Shown: positions 16,994-28,568, counted from the stretch's first letter. The stretch is 64,000 bases of DNA from Gemmatimonadota bacterium (GCA_037440225.1 JBBIUN010000013.1:10936-74935); one strand, 5' to 3'. Notes: generated from the sequence alone by a model not told the origin. Numbers and translations are program-made.

Positions 16994-18601
16994 CTACCGC
17001 CGCCGGCCCGGCCCGTAGAGCACCCGCCCCGGCCGCGCCGCCGTCATGCGTTCGCCGTCCAGGACGATCTCTCCGTTGACCACCACCAACGAGAAGCCTA
17101 TAGCGTACTGGTGCGGCTGCTCGAACGTTGCGAGATCCCGCACCCGCGCGGGATCGAAGACCACCAGATCCGCCTCGAGGCCCTCCCGAAGCACCCCGCG
17201 ATCCTGAAGCCCCAGCCGCGCGGCCGGAAACGACGTCATCTTCCGAATCGCATCTTCCAGCGTGAGCAGGTGCTGGTCGCGCACGTACACGCCCAGCACC
17301 CGCGCGAATGTCCCGTAGCTGCGCGGGTGCGGGCTGCCGCGGCCGAAGATCGGAATCTCGCCGTCCGTGGCCACCATGGTGGCGGGATGCCTCAAGATGC
17401 GCTCGAGGTCCTCCTCGCCGATGGCGTGGAAGATGCCCTGGCAGCCGCCCTGCTCCGTGATCCACAGCGCGGCCTCGGCCGCGTTTTCGACCGTGGGAGC
17501 CAAGCCCCTGAGCCGGGTCACGTCGGCCAGCGTCTTGCCCGCCAAGGTCGTGTCCCAGTCGCAGCGCGCCAGCGACACGTTCTTCGGATCGCCCCCGCCG
17601 CGCTCCATCCGGATGATCCGGGCACTTTCAGCCTTGATCCGCGCGCGCGTCTCGGGATCGCGCAGGCGCTGCAAGATCGCCTCCCGGCCGCCCTCCTGCG
17701 CCCAGCTCGGCAGCAGCGCCGCCGTCACACTGGTGCTCGAGGCGGTGTAGGGATATTGGTCTATGGTGACGTCCACCCCCCGAGAACGCGCCTCGTCCAC
17801 CAGGCGCAGGGTCTCGGCGCTTTTGCCCCAGTAGGCCGGCCCCACCACCTTGTGATGCGTGATCTGCGCCGGCAAGCCGCCTTCCTCGCCGATGCGGATG
17901 GCCTCCCGCACGCTCTCGACCACCTGCGAGGCCTCCTCCCGCAGGTGCGAGATGTAGATCCCGCCGTACCGGCCCGCCACCCGCGCCAGCTCGATCACTT
18001 CTTCGGTGGGCGTGAAGGTGCCCGGCACGTAGAACAAGCCCGAACTCAACCCGAACGCCCCCTCCCGCATGCCCTGTTCCACCAGCGCTTTCATGCGCTC
18101 GATCTCCTCCGGCGTGGCCTGGCGGTTCACCTCTCCGATCACCGCCGATCGAATCGAGCCCTGGCCGATGAAGCTCCCGATGTTGATGGACTTGGGCAGC
18201 GAATCCAGCCGCTCGAGGAACGGTCCCAGCGGCACGGGCGAGCTGCCGTCCGGGCCCTCGATCACGGTGGTCACACCCATGCGAACGTCGTTTTCCGCCG
18301 TGGGCACCTCGAAAATCCCCCGGCGCGCATGACTGTGAATATCAATGAACCCGGGCGCGATCACCTGATCCGCCACGTCCACCACGCGCCTGGCCGAACC
18401 GGAGATCTCCGGCGCAATGCGCGCGATCACGTCGCCCCGAATGGCCACGTCCGCCCGGTACCAGGGGCTCCCCGTGCCGTCCACCACCCGGCCGTGCTTC
18501 AAGAGGAGATCGTAGGGCTGCTCTTGAGCGGGAAGAGCCGGCGACCCGATGACGAGTCCGCCCCAGAACCACATCGCCAATCCGCGCATGCCTGCACTCA
18601 C
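16994..18601 (-). CDS. N-acyl-D-amino-acid deacylase (D-aminoacylase) family amidohydrolase
   Basis: Carries [33 protein letters not shown] and FIDIHSHA (HxH metal site). Signal peptide present. Confidence 0.85.
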   Translation of the reverse strand: MSAGMRGLAMWFWGGLVIGSPALPAQEQPYDLLLKHGRVVDGTGSPWYRADVAIRGDVIARIAPEISGSARRVVDVADQVIAPGFIDIHSHARRGIFEVPTAENDVRMGVTTVIEGPDGSSPVPLGPFLERLDSLPKSINIGSFIGQGSIRSAVIGEVNRQATPEEIERMKALVEQGMREGAFGLSSGLFYVPGTFTPTEEVIELARVAGRYGGIYISHLREEASQVVESVREAIRIGEEGGLPAQITHHKVVGPAYWGKSAETLRLVDEARSRGVDVTIDQYPYTASSTSVTAALLPSWAQEGGREAILQRLRDPETRARIKAESARIIRMERGGGDPKNVSLARCDWDTTLAGKTLADVTRLRGLAPTVENAAEAALWITEQGGCQGIFHAIGEEDLERILRHPATMVATDGEIPIFGRGSPHPRSYGTFARVLGVYVRDQHLLTLEDAIRKMTSFPAARLGLQDRGVLREGLEADLVVFDPARVRDLATFEQPHQYAIGFSLVVVNGEIVLDGERMTAARPGRVLYGPGRRR

Positions 18602-18739
18602 CGTGAGGACGGGGGAGATTCTCTCCCGTCGGAGCCGGCGTCAAGGGTGGTGCCGGCCGCCACCTCGTGCCATCTTCCAAGCCGGCGTACGATGGACCAC
18701 GTTGGCCCCCAAGACGCTGGCTCCCCAAGGAGGACACCG

Positions 18740-20914
18740 ATGCGCCTCAGTCGCTTGGCCTGGATCGCTCCGCTCGCCGCCGTGCCGGCAGGCTGTAGCC
18801 GCGCAGCCGCTCCGCCGGTCGCTCCCGCTGTGGCTCCCGCTCCGCTTCCTGCCGCACCACCGATGGAGGCCGGCCCCGCCGGCTGGGTCAAGGAATTCGG
18901 CACCATGTGGACCTTCGACGCCCCGCCGTTCGACTACTGGCAGGCCGCCTACGGCTTCCGCCCCAGCCCCGGCTGGCTGGAGCACGTCCGCCTGTCCGCC
19001 GGCCGGCTGCCGGGGTGCTCGGCATCGTTCGTGTCGCCCAGCGGCTTGGTGATGACCAACCATCACTGCGCCCGCAGTTGCATCACGGCGGCCTCTACGC
19101 CGGACTCCAACTACCAGGAAATCGGCTTCGTGGCGCGGCGGCGGGAGGAGGAGAAGCCCTGTCCTGGGATGTGGGTGGACCAGCTTCAGTCCACCGAGGA
19201 CGTCACCGCCAGGATCCGCGCGGCCCTCACCGCGCCCGATGCGGCCGGCCAGGCGCGGCAGCGCGACTCGGCCATTGCCGCGCTGCAGGAGAACTGCGGG
19301 CGAGAGACCCGGCTGACCTGCCAGGTGGTGAGCTTGTACCAGGGCGGTCTCTACTCCCTCTACCGCTACCGGCGCTTCAGCGACGTGCGCCTGGTCATGG
19401 CCCCCGAGGGCCAGACCGCCTTCTTTGGAGGAGACCCGGACAACTTCACCTATCCCCGCTACGACCTGGATGTGACGTTCCTGCGGGTGTACGAGAACGG
19501 CGCGCCGCGCGCCACCGATCACTACCTCGCCTGGAGCGCGGCCGGCGCGGCCGAAGGGGAACTGGTCTTCGTGATCGGCAACCCGGGATCCACGGGCCGG
19601 CTGCTGACGCTGGCGCAGATGGAGTACTTGCGCGACGTCGCCTACCCCGCGCAACTGGCGGGCTACGAGCGCACCTTGTCCGTCCTGCGACGCATCGCCG
19701 CCCGCAGCGAGGCGGATCGCCGCCGAGTGGAAAACCAGATCTTTTCCCTGGAGAACTCCCACAAAGCGGTCACCGGCTATCGCCGCGGTCTCCTGGATCC
19801 CGCCATCATGGCGCGAAAGGCCGCCTTCGAACGCGACTTCCGCGCCCGCATCGCGCGCGACCCCGCACTCGCAGCCCGCTATGGCTCCGTCTGGGACGAT
19901 ATCGCTCGGGTCCAGGCCGAACTCGCCTCCTTCGCGGTCCAGGCCCGCTGGTATGGCTTTGGGGGCTCCCAACTCCTGAGTTTGGCAGGGGGGATCGTGC
20001 GCCTGGTCGAGCAGGGCGCGCTGCCCGATTCCCTGAGGCTCGCCGCGTACCGCGGCCAGGGGTTGGAGCGCTTGCGCGCCCAGCTCTTGCGCGAGGTTCC
20101 CCTCGACCTCGAAACTGAACGGCTCACCCTCAGCGGCCAGCTCGAGGCAGCGCAGCGCGAGCTGCCGCCGGGCGATCCCTTCCTCGAGGCGGTGCTGGCC
20201 GGGCGGACGCCCGAGGCCGCCGCCCAGGCCCTCGTGGGAGGAACCCGTCTGGCCGATCCCGCCGTGCGACGCGCCTTGATCGAAGGCGGCGCTGCCGCCG
20301 TGTCCGCCTCCACCGACCCCATGATCGTGCTGGCCTCCAAGATCGCGCCGCTGGCCACGCCCTACGCCCGGCGCGCGGAAGCCCTGAACGCCACCCTCGC
20401 AGCCAAGGGCGAGTTGCTGGGCCAGGCGATCTTCGCCGCCTACGGGAAGTCGCTGCCGCCCGATGCCACCTTCACGCTCCGCATCTCGGACGGCGTGGTG
20501 CGCCGCTACCCCATGAACGGCACCGTGGCGCCCTACAAGACCAGCTTCTACGGGCTCTACGCCCGGTCGGCGGAGTTCGACGGCCGGCCGCCCTGGAACT
20601 TGACCCCGCGCTGGCAGGCCGCCCGGGATCGGCTGGACCTCGCCACCCCGCTCAACTTCGTTTCGACCAACGACATCATCGGGGGAAACTCGGGAAGCCC
20701 GGTCATCAACCGCCAGGCGCAGGTCGTGGGCCTCATCTTCGACGGCAACATCGAGAGCCTGCCCAACCGCTTCATCTTCACCGACGAGGTGGCGCGTGCG
20801 GTGAGCGTCCACTCGGCGGGGATCCTCGAGGCCTTGCGCAAGGTGTACGGGGCCGACTGGCTGGCCGACGAGCTGGTAGGAGGCGCCGCACCGGCCGGAG
20901 CGCCTCCGAAGTGA
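18740..20914 (+). CDS. S46-family dipeptidyl-peptidase (DPP7/DPP11-like)
   Basis: ATG 18740 follows AAGGAGGA. Lipoprotein-like signal (LAAVPAGCS). Catalytic His is in VMTNHHCA and catalytic Ser in [12 protein letters not shown]. The 5' 1.6 kb of listed ORF 17111.. is antisense to the D-aminoacylase gene. Confidence 0.9.
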   Translation: MRLSRLAWIAPLAAVPAGCSRAAAPPVAPAVAPAPLPAAPPMEAGPAGWVKEFGTMWTFDAPPFDYWQAAYGFRPSPGWLEHVRLSAGRLPGCSASFVSPSGLVMTNHHCARSCITAASTPDSNYQEIGFVARRREEEKPCPGMWVDQLQSTEDVTARIRAALTAPDAAGQARQRDSAIAALQENCGRETRLTCQVVSLYQGGLYSLYRYRRFSDVRLVMAPEGQTAFFGGDPDNFTYPRYDLDVTFLRVYENGAPRATDHYLAWSAAGAAEGELVFVIGNPGSTGRLLTLAQMEYLRDVAYPAQLAGYERTLSVLRRIAARSEADRRRVENQIFSLENSHKAVTGYRRGLLDPAIMARKAAFERDFRARIARDPALAARYGSVWDDIARVQAELASFAVQARWYGFGGSQLLSLAGGIVRLVEQGALPDSLRLAAYRGQGLERLRAQLLREVPLDLETERLTLSGQLEAAQRELPPGDPFLEAVLAGRTPEAAAQALVGGTRLADPAVRRALIEGGAAAVSASTDPMIVLASKIAPLATPYARRAEALNATLAAKGELLGQAIFAAYGKSLPPDATFTLRISDGVVRRYPMNGTVAPYKTSFYGLYARSAEFDGRPPWNLTPRWQAARDRLDLATPLNFVSTNDIIGGNSGSPVINRQAQVVGLIFDGNIESLPNRFIFTDEVARAVSVHSAGILEALRKVYGADWLADELVGGAAPAGAPPK

Positions 20915-20932
20915 TCCGGCCTCGCGCCGCTC

Positions 20933-23900
20933 CTACTTCGGGTCCAGCTTCCGCCCCGCGTCCAAGTGGTCGAAATGGAGCAACGTGTTGAATACCAGCG
21001 CGTAGCTCCCGATGGTCTCGCCCCGGTAGATCGGATTATGGGCGAACAGGACCACATGGCCCCGGTCCACCGGCACATCCACCACCACGGCTCGCTCGGC
21101 GATGTCGCCGCCCCCGTCCAGGAGGCCCGACACCAGCAGGTCGCGCTGCTCGCTGAACCGCAGCACCACCCGCGGCCGCTGCTCCGGGGGAATCAGGTTG
21201 ATCGGGTTGCGAAGCTGTTCGTCGGTGGGCGGCGGAGCCTGCCACGGCTTCACCTCGGGCCGCGGCGGCGCTTCGAATCGAGGATCCAAGGACCGACCCT
21301 GGGGCACATCCGGATCCTCCGGCGTGCCGCGCCCCGTGGGTCGCCCGGTCGCCGGCCCCCCAGGCCCGCCGCCTCCGAACCCGAAGCCGCCGCCGCGGAA
21401 GTTGCTGACGGAAAAGCTCTCGCCGGCCGCGCTATAGACTGCGAGTCCGTCCTTGACGCCATAGGCAACGGGGCTGGCGTCATCTACCAGCCGGCTGCGG
21501 AGCAAGCTGCCTACCACCCGGCCCCGCGGGGGCTGATTCAAGCTCACGCCGTGGGCCAAGCCATACTGGATGGCGAACTCTGCGGTGTTGTCCGCCGTGA
21601 TCAACACCCCGCCCCGCTCGACAAAGGCCTCCAGATTGGCCAACCCCTGCCAGCCCAAGCCGGGCCGAATGTCGTCGGTCTGCGCCCAGGTCCCGATGTT
21701 GGGCGTCTCGGGCGTGTTCTTCCACGGCATCGGGTTGCGCCACATCGGAAGGCCGGCCACGATCCCGCTCACGCTGCCGCCGGCCGGCGGGAAGACGATC
21801 ACGTCGTAGCGGGCGTTCAAGTTGGCGGTGCGGGATACGTCCTGGACGCTGATGTACTCGTAGGGCAGGCCTACCTGATCGAACGCCTGGCGCCACCACC
21901 CTTCCGTTTGGGTGCCGGTCCAGGTATGGAGCAGTGCCACCCGCGGCGCCCGCACCGGATGGCGGGCGACGGCAGGAACCTCGCCTAGGGCCCTGATCTC
22001 GATACCGAGTTCCCGGCCCAGGGCATCGAGCTGCGCGGGCGACACGCGAAAGATCAACCACGACCCGCGGTTGAACCGCATGCCGCCGGCCTCGAACGGC
22101 TCCTCGGCGGCCTGGATGTCGGCGTCCTTGAGCCGGTACCGGAGCGCAATCAAAAGGGGATCGCCGTTGGCGTTGACCGCGAACACCGTTCCCGTGCCGC
22201 TGGCGCCGCCCCGCGCGCGGATGTCGCCGCTGACGCGCTCCATCGGGACGCTGAGCACCGTGGTATCCGTGATCCGCACCGCCTCCACGCCGAAGCCTTC
22301 GGGGAAGGTCCAGCCGGTATCGTCGTAGGGATTCTTTTGGGGATCGTTGGGGCTCCAGTATTGGTAGTCCAGCAGGGCGTCGGCGATGCGCGAGTAGGGC
22401 TGGTCCATGCGAATCACATAGCTCCCGGCCGGGAAGCTCCGGCGCTGCGGTCCTGCCGCCGAGTCTCCTCGCGTCCGACTGCTGTCGGGCCCCCGCCCCC
22501 GCGCACCGGCCCCGCGCGCCGGCAGCGAGACGCTGAAGGAGGCCGTGGCACGGGAGATCTCCACGTGCTGGCGCTGGAGCACCCGCAGCAACTCCGCCTG
22601 CGCGCCGGCACGGGGCTCGTCGGCCGGCAGCACGTAGGCCGCCGGCCCTTCCGTCCTGGCTTTGAGCACGGAGCGCTTGCTCTTCTGGTAGAAGTTCCAG
22701 AGGAACAGCTCCCGGTTCTCGGCCAGGTAGCTGAGCGACACCAAGAGGCCGGTCTGCTCGTAGTTGTTGTTGTTCCGGAGCGACCACTTGACCCGCGGCA
22801 GCGGGGGATTCTGCCGATACCAGGTACGGGCGGTCTGCTGCGGCGACAGCGTTCGCTCCACGGTTTCCGCGCTCCCGCCGTTGCCGAAGGTCTCGTACAG
22901 GCGGCTGATCCCGTTGTGGGTCGCGGCCATGAACATGAGGTAGCCCGGCGACCAGGTGTCGAACGTCCCGAAGGCGAAGACTCCCGGCATCCCGAAGCGG
23001 GTCATCTCCTGCACGTTGTTCCAGGCGATCATCTGCCACTCGTTGGTGACCAAGGGGTCCAGCCAGGCGTTGTAGGGGCCGTCGCCCACGGTGTTGTCGT
23101 AGAGGTAGGGCACCGACTCGTGGAGGTCGTGCAGCACCAGCGCCTTCCAGCCGATGAACGTGTTCAGCACGTTCTGCGACAGCTTGAGCGTCAAGCCCAT
23201 GGCGTCGCGATTGTTGTCGTGCGCCACGTAATGGCCCCAATAGACCAGGGCGGGCCAGGTGTCCTTGGGGTGCGCCAGATGCCAGCGAAACACATCCACC
23301 TGCCGGTCCCGCCCGTCCACTTCCACGATGGGCGTGATCAGGGTGATGACGCGGTCGCGGATGTTCTTGAGGTACGCACTCTCGTCCACCGCCAGCCGGT
23401 AGGCCAACTCCATGAGCGCCGTGGGAGCGCCCGCTTCCGGGGAATGAATGGTGCCCGTGATGTAGTACACCGGCGCCGCCTCCCGCACCAACTCGGCGGC
23501 CACGCTGTCATCCAGCCCGATGGTGCGCGGGTCCGCCAAGCGGGTCAGCCGATCCCGGTTCTCCTCCAGGCGCGCCATCAGCGACTCGGAGGCCACGGCC
23601 ACCGCGATCATCTCGCGACCCTCCTCCGTGGTGCCGATGGAATAGACCCGTACCCGGGGGCTCGCCTCCGCCAGCATCCGCATGTAGCGGTACACCTCGG
23701 CGGAGTAGGGAAGAATGTTCGGCGCGCCGGCAATGTCACCCAGCACCGCCTTGGGGGTGGGCACCGTGGGGGAGGCCGGTAGGTAGTCCACCAGCGGCGA
23801 AAGGAAAAACGGCTCCGTGGTGTACTCGCGGATCTTGCGGGTGTACTCCTCGTCAATCGGCTGCGCGGGCGCGCGACGGAAGCCCGTGACGGCGGGCGGG

Positions 23901-24085
23901 GCGGCCGGCGCCGCCTCTGCGCGCCGATCCGCACCCTGCTGGGCCTGGACCCCGGCCGGCGCGCCCCATACAAGCCATACCAAGACGCTCGACGCCACCG
24001 CCCGGCGCAGGGCAGCGGCCCCCACCAGAATCCGCTGCGGGGTCGGGCCCAAGCGAGACATCGGTCGCAACCACATGCCGTCCAT
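20933..24085 (-). CDS. Secreted M14-family metallocarboxypeptidase-like protein (about 1050 aa), paralog type of 9486-12308
   Basis: HxxE in ITGTIHSPEAG, plus GHYVAHDNNRD. ATG 24083-24085 follows a GAGGAG SD. Starts at 24076 or 24061 are also possible. Confidence 0.85.
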   Translation of the reverse strand: MDGMWLRPMSRLGPTPQRILVGAAALRRAVASSVLVWLVWGAPAGVQAQQGADRRAEAAPAAPPAVTGFRRAPAQPIDEEYTRKIREYTTEPFFLSPLVDYLPASPTVPTPKAVLGDIAGAPNILPYSAEVYRYMRMLAEASPRVRVYSIGTTEEGREMIAVAVASESLMARLEENRDRLTRLADPRTIGLDDSVAAELVREAAPVYYITGTIHSPEAGAPTALMELAYRLAVDESAYLKNIRDRVITLITPIVEVDGRDRQVDVFRWHLAHPKDTWPALVYWGHYVAHDNNRDAMGLTLKLSQNVLNTFIGWKALVLHDLHESVPYLYDNTVGDGPYNAWLDPLVTNEWQMIAWNNVQEMTRFGMPGVFAFGTFDTWSPGYLMFMAATHNGISRLYETFGNGGSAETVERTLSPQQTARTWYRQNPPLPRVKWSLRNNNNYEQTGLLVSLSYLAENRELFLWNFYQKSKRSVLKARTEGPAAYVLPADEPRAGAQAELLRVLQRQHVEISRATASFSVSLPARGAGARGRGPDSSRTRGDSAAGPQRRSFPAGSYVIRMDQPYSRIADALLDYQYWSPNDPQKNPYDDTGWTFPEGFGVEAVRITDTTVLSVPMERVSGDIRARGGASGTGTVFAVNANGDPLLIALRYRLKDADIQAAEEPFEAGGMRFNRGSWLIFRVSPAQLDALGRELGIEIRALGEVPAVARHPVRAPRVALLHTWTGTQTEGWWRQAFDQVGLPYEYISVQDVSRTANLNARYDVIVFPPAGGSVSGIVAGLPMWRNPMPWKNTPETPNIGTWAQTDDIRPGLGWQGLANLEAFVERGGVLITADNTAEFAIQYGLAHGVSLNQPPRGRVVGSLLRSRLVDDASPVAYGVKDGLAVYSAAGESFSVSNFRGGGFGFGGGGPGGPATGRPTGRGTPEDPDVPQGRSLDPRFEAPPRPEVKPWQAPPPTDEQLRNPINLIPPEQRPRVVLRFSEQRDLLVSGLLDGGGDIAERAVVVDVPVDRGHVVLFAHNPIYRGETIGSYALVFNTLLHFDHLDAGRKLDPK

Positions 24086-24193
24086 GATCCATCTCCTCGT
24101 CCCATGGCTCAAGCGAAACCGCCTCCCTCCATACCCCACCCCCACGTCACCCACCACCTCCGGCGTCCTTGCCGGTTCCCGGGTGCACGCGCC

Positions 24194-26404
24194 TCAGCGG
24201 GCTCCCGGATGGTATTCCCGCTCCGTGTGACCCAGAAGCTGCGAGCGGTAGAAGTACACCTCGCGCAAGTCACCGGTGCTGTATCGCAGCGCCTGATCGT
24301 TGAAATGGGGCGAAGCGGGGTCCCCGCTCTCGCCGCCGGCCGTGATCGCCCGGGCTTTCACGCTGTCGGCGAACTCGACCACCGCGACAAAGCTGTTCCC
24401 GCTGGTACCGTACCACCGCTTGGTGCCGGGATACGCCCGCGCCCCGAAGGCCGCCAGCGATCCCCAGCGCGCGGACGTAAAGCCCACCGGGATGCTGGGC
24501 CGCTCGTCGCTGAAGGGCTGTACCAGGTCACCCGTGAGGCGCTGGAAGCGGTTGATCTCGCCCCAGGGCGTCCGCCACGTGCCAAAATCGCGCTCCAGCT
24601 TGGCCACCGCGGCGGCCAGCGCCTCCAGGCGCTCGCCAGGCGAGGCCTGCGTGGCCAGGTAGTCGTACACCGTGCCCCCCGCGGTCCGTGCCGCGGCCCC
24701 GGCGCGCTGCCACAGTTCCTCGCCCCAGAAGATCGCCAGCGACGTCGGCACCGAACCCACCGACCACCGCAGGTCCCAGGAGCGGAGCGCGGCCACCGGC
24801 TGAGCCAGTCGCACCTTGAGCGGGCTGCCAGCCGGCAGCCGGTCGTAGGCCGCAAAGAGCGGCGGCAAGAGGGGTTCGAACGCCGGCAGGTAGCTGTCGA
24901 ACGCCGCCGCGGTCAGCGTGGCCATGGTGAAATCGTGCCGGTTCGCCAAAACTCGCAGCGCATGCAGTCCCCGCGGATTCTCGCCCCCGGTTTCCACGTA
25001 GGCAGGATACTGCTCCCGCTTGGGGCTGTACGGTCCCGCGGCGGACCAGGGCGCATTGTTGGTGTTCTGGACCCAGCCGTTCGGCGGGTTCAGCACGTTG
25101 GGACTCTCGTCCACCGACAAGAGCCCCTGCCACTCCGTGGCCGGGTCGCTGCCGTCCACCGGCTGGGTCCAATCGAAGCGCGGATCCCGCTTGGGGATGA
25201 AGTTGGCGTGAAAGTACGCGATGTTCCCGTCCGCGTCCGCATAGACGGTGTTGTTCGACGAGTTGGTGTGCAGCTCCAGGAGCTGCCGGAACTCGCGCAA
25301 GCTCTTGGCCTTGGTGCGCTGGTAGGACTGCGTCAGGGCCTTGATGGGCTCCTGCATCAGCCGCACCGTGATCCACTTGCCGCCGGCTTCCCGGACCACG
25401 GGCCCGTGGTGCGTCCGATAGACGGTGAAGGTGCGTTGGGCCATGCCGTTCGCGGTCTTGTAGGGCACGACGATGGTGCGCACCATGACCGGCCGCTCCT
25501 CGCCGCCGTAGCGGTAGTAGTAGCCGCCGGGTCTCCGGATCACGGTTTCCGCGTACTCGTCAATCGCATCCACCCCGCTCGACGTGTGCATCCAGCCCAA
25601 GCGCTCGTTGAAGCCCTGATAGACGAAGAACTGCCCCCAGGTCACCGCGCCGTAGGCGTTGAGTCCCTCCTCGCTCGCCATCTTCAGCTCGGCGCGGAAG
25701 AAGAACGTGGTGTGAGGATTGATCCAGAGCAGGGCATGATGCGAGGCCGTGTTGGCCGGCGCGACGGCGAAGCCGTTGGAGCCCGAAGGCTCCTCCGCGG
25801 CGCCTTCCCCCACGGGGAAAGCCTCCGCTGGGCGCGCCGCCTCCCCGCCGGATGCCGGCGGCCCACCAGGCGGCTTGCCGTAAAACGCTTCCAGGTCCTT
25901 CAACGAGATCCGCTCGATGTCTCCCCCGATGCTTCCCTCCGTGAACGTCAGCGCCATCCACGGTTCGAAGCGGGTGATGACCTTCGGCTTCACGTCGGGA
26001 TGGGTGGCCAAGTAGTAGTTCAGGCCGTCGGCAAAGGCGTCCATCAACGCCCGGAGCCACGCCGGGCTTTTCCGGTAAAGGGCGCGCATGGAGTCCGGGT
26101 CAATGAACAGCTTCATCCGCAGGTCGCGGTACACCTCCCCCTCGCCCTCGGCTTCGGCCAGGCGCCCCATGGCGTTGAGGTAGTTGATCTCGATCCGGTT
26201 GAAATCGTCCTCCGCCTGGGCGTAGAGCGCTCCGAACACCGCATCGGCGTCGCTCTTGCCGTAGATGTGGGGGATCCCCCAGTCGTCGCGAATGATGGTC
26301 ACGTTGCGCGCCCGCCGTTCCCACCGGGCCTGCTCGGCTTGCCGGTCGCCCTGAGGCGAACAGGCGGCGCACGCCGCCAGCACCATCCATACCAGACGCT
26401 TCAT
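24194..26404 (-). CDS. Penicillin acylase / Ntn-hydrolase (S45) family protein, lipoprotein-like
   Basis: MKRLVWMVLAACAAC signal. The autoprocessing nucleophile context is GSNGFAVAP. Confidence 0.85.
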   Translation of the reverse strand: MKRLVWMVLAACAACSPQGDRQAEQARWERRARNVTIIRDDWGIPHIYGKSDADAVFGALYAQAEDDFNRIEINYLNAMGRLAEAEGEGEVYRDLRMKLFIDPDSMRALYRKSPAWLRALMDAFADGLNYYLATHPDVKPKVITRFEPWMALTFTEGSIGGDIERISLKDLEAFYGKPPGGPPASGGEAARPAEAFPVGEGAAEEPSGSNGFAVAPANTASHHALLWINPHTTFFFRAELKMASEEGLNAYGAVTWGQFFVYQGFNERLGWMHTSSGVDAIDEYAETVIRRPGGYYYRYGGEERPVMVRTIVVPYKTANGMAQRTFTVYRTHHGPVVREAGGKWITVRLMQEPIKALTQSYQRTKAKSLREFRQLLELHTNSSNNTVYADADGNIAYFHANFIPKRDPRFDWTQPVDGSDPATEWQGLLSVDESPNVLNPPNGWVQNTNNAPWSAAGPYSPKREQYPAYVETGGENPRGLHALRVLANRHDFTMATLTAAAFDSYLPAFEPLLPPLFAAYDRLPAGSPLKVRLAQPVAALRSWDLRWSVGSVPTSLAIFWGEELWQRAGAAARTAGGTVYDYLATQASPGERLEALAAAVAKLERDFGTWRTPWGEINRFQRLTGDLVQPFSDERPSIPVGFTSARWGSLAAFGARAYPGTKRWYGTSGNSFVAVVEFADSVKARAITAGGESGDPASPHFNDQALRYSTGDLREVYFYRSQLLGHTEREYHPGAR

Positions 26405-26423
26405 CGCTTCCGCCTCCGCTGGG

Positions 26424-27734
26424 TCACCTGATGTTCCATCCGTTGACCGGCCCGCCGTGGAAAAACTGGGCCGGCGTCATCACCCCGTCCCGCTTGAACA
26501 CCAACCCGTCTTTCATCACGAACCGCACGTCGCGCAACGCATCAATGTCCTGCAGGGGGTTGCCCGGCACCGCGATCAGGTCCGCGGCATACCCCACCTT
26601 GATCGGTCCCCGGGTGTCATAGGTTTCGCTCACCTTGTAGCCGTTCACCGTCATGGCGCGCAGAATGTCCACCGGGGGGATCCCCGCCGCCTTCCAGGTC
26701 TCGAGGAACTCGATCGCCACCTCGCCCCGCGTCTTGCCCGGCACGTAGTAGTCCGCGTCGGTCGAGAAGGTCAGGGGCACTTTGTTCTGGTACGCGTTCC
26801 TGAGCCCGGCCACCGTCGCCTGGTACCGCGCCGGCGTGGTGTGGCCGGCCAGCGAGATGGGCGTCTCCGTGCCCGCCCGCCAAATGCCTTTCTGCGCCAT
26901 CAGCTTGTGCATCTCGTCGGTGAGGCCCCGGTCATGGGCAATGGACCAGACGCCGGCCTCGATCGCCCGGCGCGCTCCATCCACCGTCTGCACATGGCCT
27001 TCCACCTTGAGCCCCGCCTTGGCCGCCTCGGCGATCACCAGCTTGATCTCGTCCACCGTGTAACCCCAGGGCTTACAGTCCACGCAGATCTTGATCACCT
27101 TGGCGCCAAAGAGGGCGTTCTGCCGCACCGCCTTGACGATCTCCTCCGGCGTGTCCGCCTCGAGATACTCGGGATACACGATGCCCTTGCCTATCGCCAT
27201 CTCCGGCGTGGGCCAGAACTGGCCCCCCAAACCGCCGATGATGATCCCCGAATTGATGATGGTCGGCCCCGGAATCCACCCTTGCTCGATCGCCACCCGG
27301 AGCGCGGCATCGGCATAGTTGCCGTTGTTGCCCATGTCCCGCACGATCGTGAAGCCCGCGTTCAGCATCTGGATGGCGTTGGAGACCGCCTGAATCGCGC
27401 GGATCGGCGTCCCATCCAGTACGTACGTCAGGTAATAGACGTTGCTCTCCGGCTCCTCCTTGTAGGTCAGCGCCAGGTGGTTGTGCGCATCCACCAGCCC
27501 CGGCAGCGCCGTGAGCCGCGAGAGATCGATCACCTCGGCGCCGGGAGGAATGGCCACGTTCGGGCCGATAGCGCGGAATTTTCCCCCTTCCACCACGATG
27601 ATCTGATCGGCCGCCGCCGTGCCCGCCTCCGGGTCCACCAACCGCCCGGCCTTGATCACCGTCACCTGGGCTGCGGCCCCGGAGGCGCTCGCGCTCATCA
27701 GCCCCAACATCAATCCCAAGCTCGCGATCCGCAT
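26424..27734 (-). CDS. Metal-dependent amidohydrolase family protein (secreted)
   Basis: Signal peptide present. Carries LPGLVDAHNHL (HxH). Confidence 0.85.
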   Translation of the reverse strand: MRIASLGLMLGLMSASASGAAAQVTVIKAGRLVDPEAGTAAADQIIVVEGGKFRAIGPNVAIPPGAEVIDLSRLTALPGLVDAHNHLALTYKEEPESNVYYLTYVLDGTPIRAIQAVSNAIQMLNAGFTIVRDMGNNGNYADAALRVAIEQGWIPGPTIINSGIIIGGLGGQFWPTPEMAIGKGIVYPEYLEADTPEEIVKAVRQNALFGAKVIKICVDCKPWGYTVDEIKLVIAEAAKAGLKVEGHVQTVDGARRAIEAGVWSIAHDRGLTDEMHKLMAQKGIWRAGTETPISLAGHTTPARYQATVAGLRNAYQNKVPLTFSTDADYYVPGKTRGEVAIEFLETWKAAGIPPVDILRAMTVNGYKVSETYDTRGPIKVGYAADLIAVPGNPLQDIDALRDVRFVMKDGLVFKRDGVMTPAQFFHGGPVNGWNIR

Positions 27735-27839
27735 AACGTCCGTTCTCCTTCGTTCTCCTTGCCTGAAGACCTCAGAATGCCTAAGGGTTACCGCCGGCTT
27801 CGCTCGTGCCCCATACGGTGCTCATCGCGATCCGCCCCC

Positions 27840-28358
27840 TCAGGCGGGATAGATCACCTGAGCGCCCTCCAGCACGCGCGCTGCCGGATCCAGCCGGTGC
27901 TCCTCCATCCGCCCCGCCGCCATCAGGTGGCAGACCCGGACACCGCGCACCACTAACGCATCGGCGATGAGCCGCCGGTGACACCGCCACGGAAGCGCCT
28001 CGGCGCACATGACCGCGGTGGCGCTGCGCGCGGCCGTGGCGATGAGCCGGTCCAGCGCCGCGCGAAAAGGCGCACTGGCCATGTGGTCCGCGTACCCCCG
28101 AAACCCCTTCACCCGCCAGGCGGTATTGGGCGAGTCGCGCCGGGGCGTCCTCCGCCCTCCCAGATCCCGCTCGTGCAGGTATGCCATGCCCGCACGCCTC
28201 AGCGCCTCCGCCAGCGCCGGCCCGGCGAAGTGCGGATGGCGTTGCGACCCCGGAAACCGGCGGACGTCCACCAGCGTCAACACGCCGCCCTCGCCCAGCA
28301 GGGCGAGGAACTCTTCCAGCGTCCGCGTCGAGTGCCCAACCGTATAGACCAGCGCCAA
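27840..28358 (-). CDS. DUF488 family protein
   Basis: (M)ALVYTVGHSTRTLEEFLALLGEGGVLTLVDVRRFPGS. TTG 28356-28358 lies 7 nt after GGGAG and gives the canonical N-terminus. The listed ATG 28535 would run into the arsR promoter. Confidence 0.7.
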   Translation of the reverse strand: MALVYTVGHSTRTLEEFLALLGEGGVLTLVDVRRFPGSQRHPHFAGPALAEALRRAGMAYLHERDLGGRRTPRRDSPNTAWRVKGFRGYADHMASAPFRAALDRLIATAARSATAVMCAEALPWRCHRRLIADALVVRGVRVCHLMAAGRMEEHRLDPAARVLEGAQVIYPA

Positions 28359-28528
28359 GGCTATGCTCCCGGCCAACCGCCTCCCCGGCCTTAGGCTCCG
28401 GCAAGCCCGCCTGGTGGCCGCGCCAGGCACCCTGCGATCGCGGCGGCGCCCCGCTCCGGCCATCACCTCCGGCGCCCGCAACCCGGCCCCAGGCCAAAGA
28501 TGCGCTCCCCGCGTTGCCCTGCCAAGGC

Positions 28529-28558
28529 TTGACACTCATCAAGTATCATTGATATATA
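28529..28558 (+). promoter_or_regulatory. Candidate sigma-70 promoter (TTGACA-N18-TATATA) with embedded inverted repeat ATCAA-N6-TTGAT (28538-28553); near-leaderless arsR transcript
   Basis: This is the only strongly AT-rich patch in the region. The -10 ends about 10 nt before ATG 28569. The palindrome sits between -35 and -10, as expected for an ArsR operator. Confidence 0.5.
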
Positions 28559-28568
28559 TCGCGGTACC

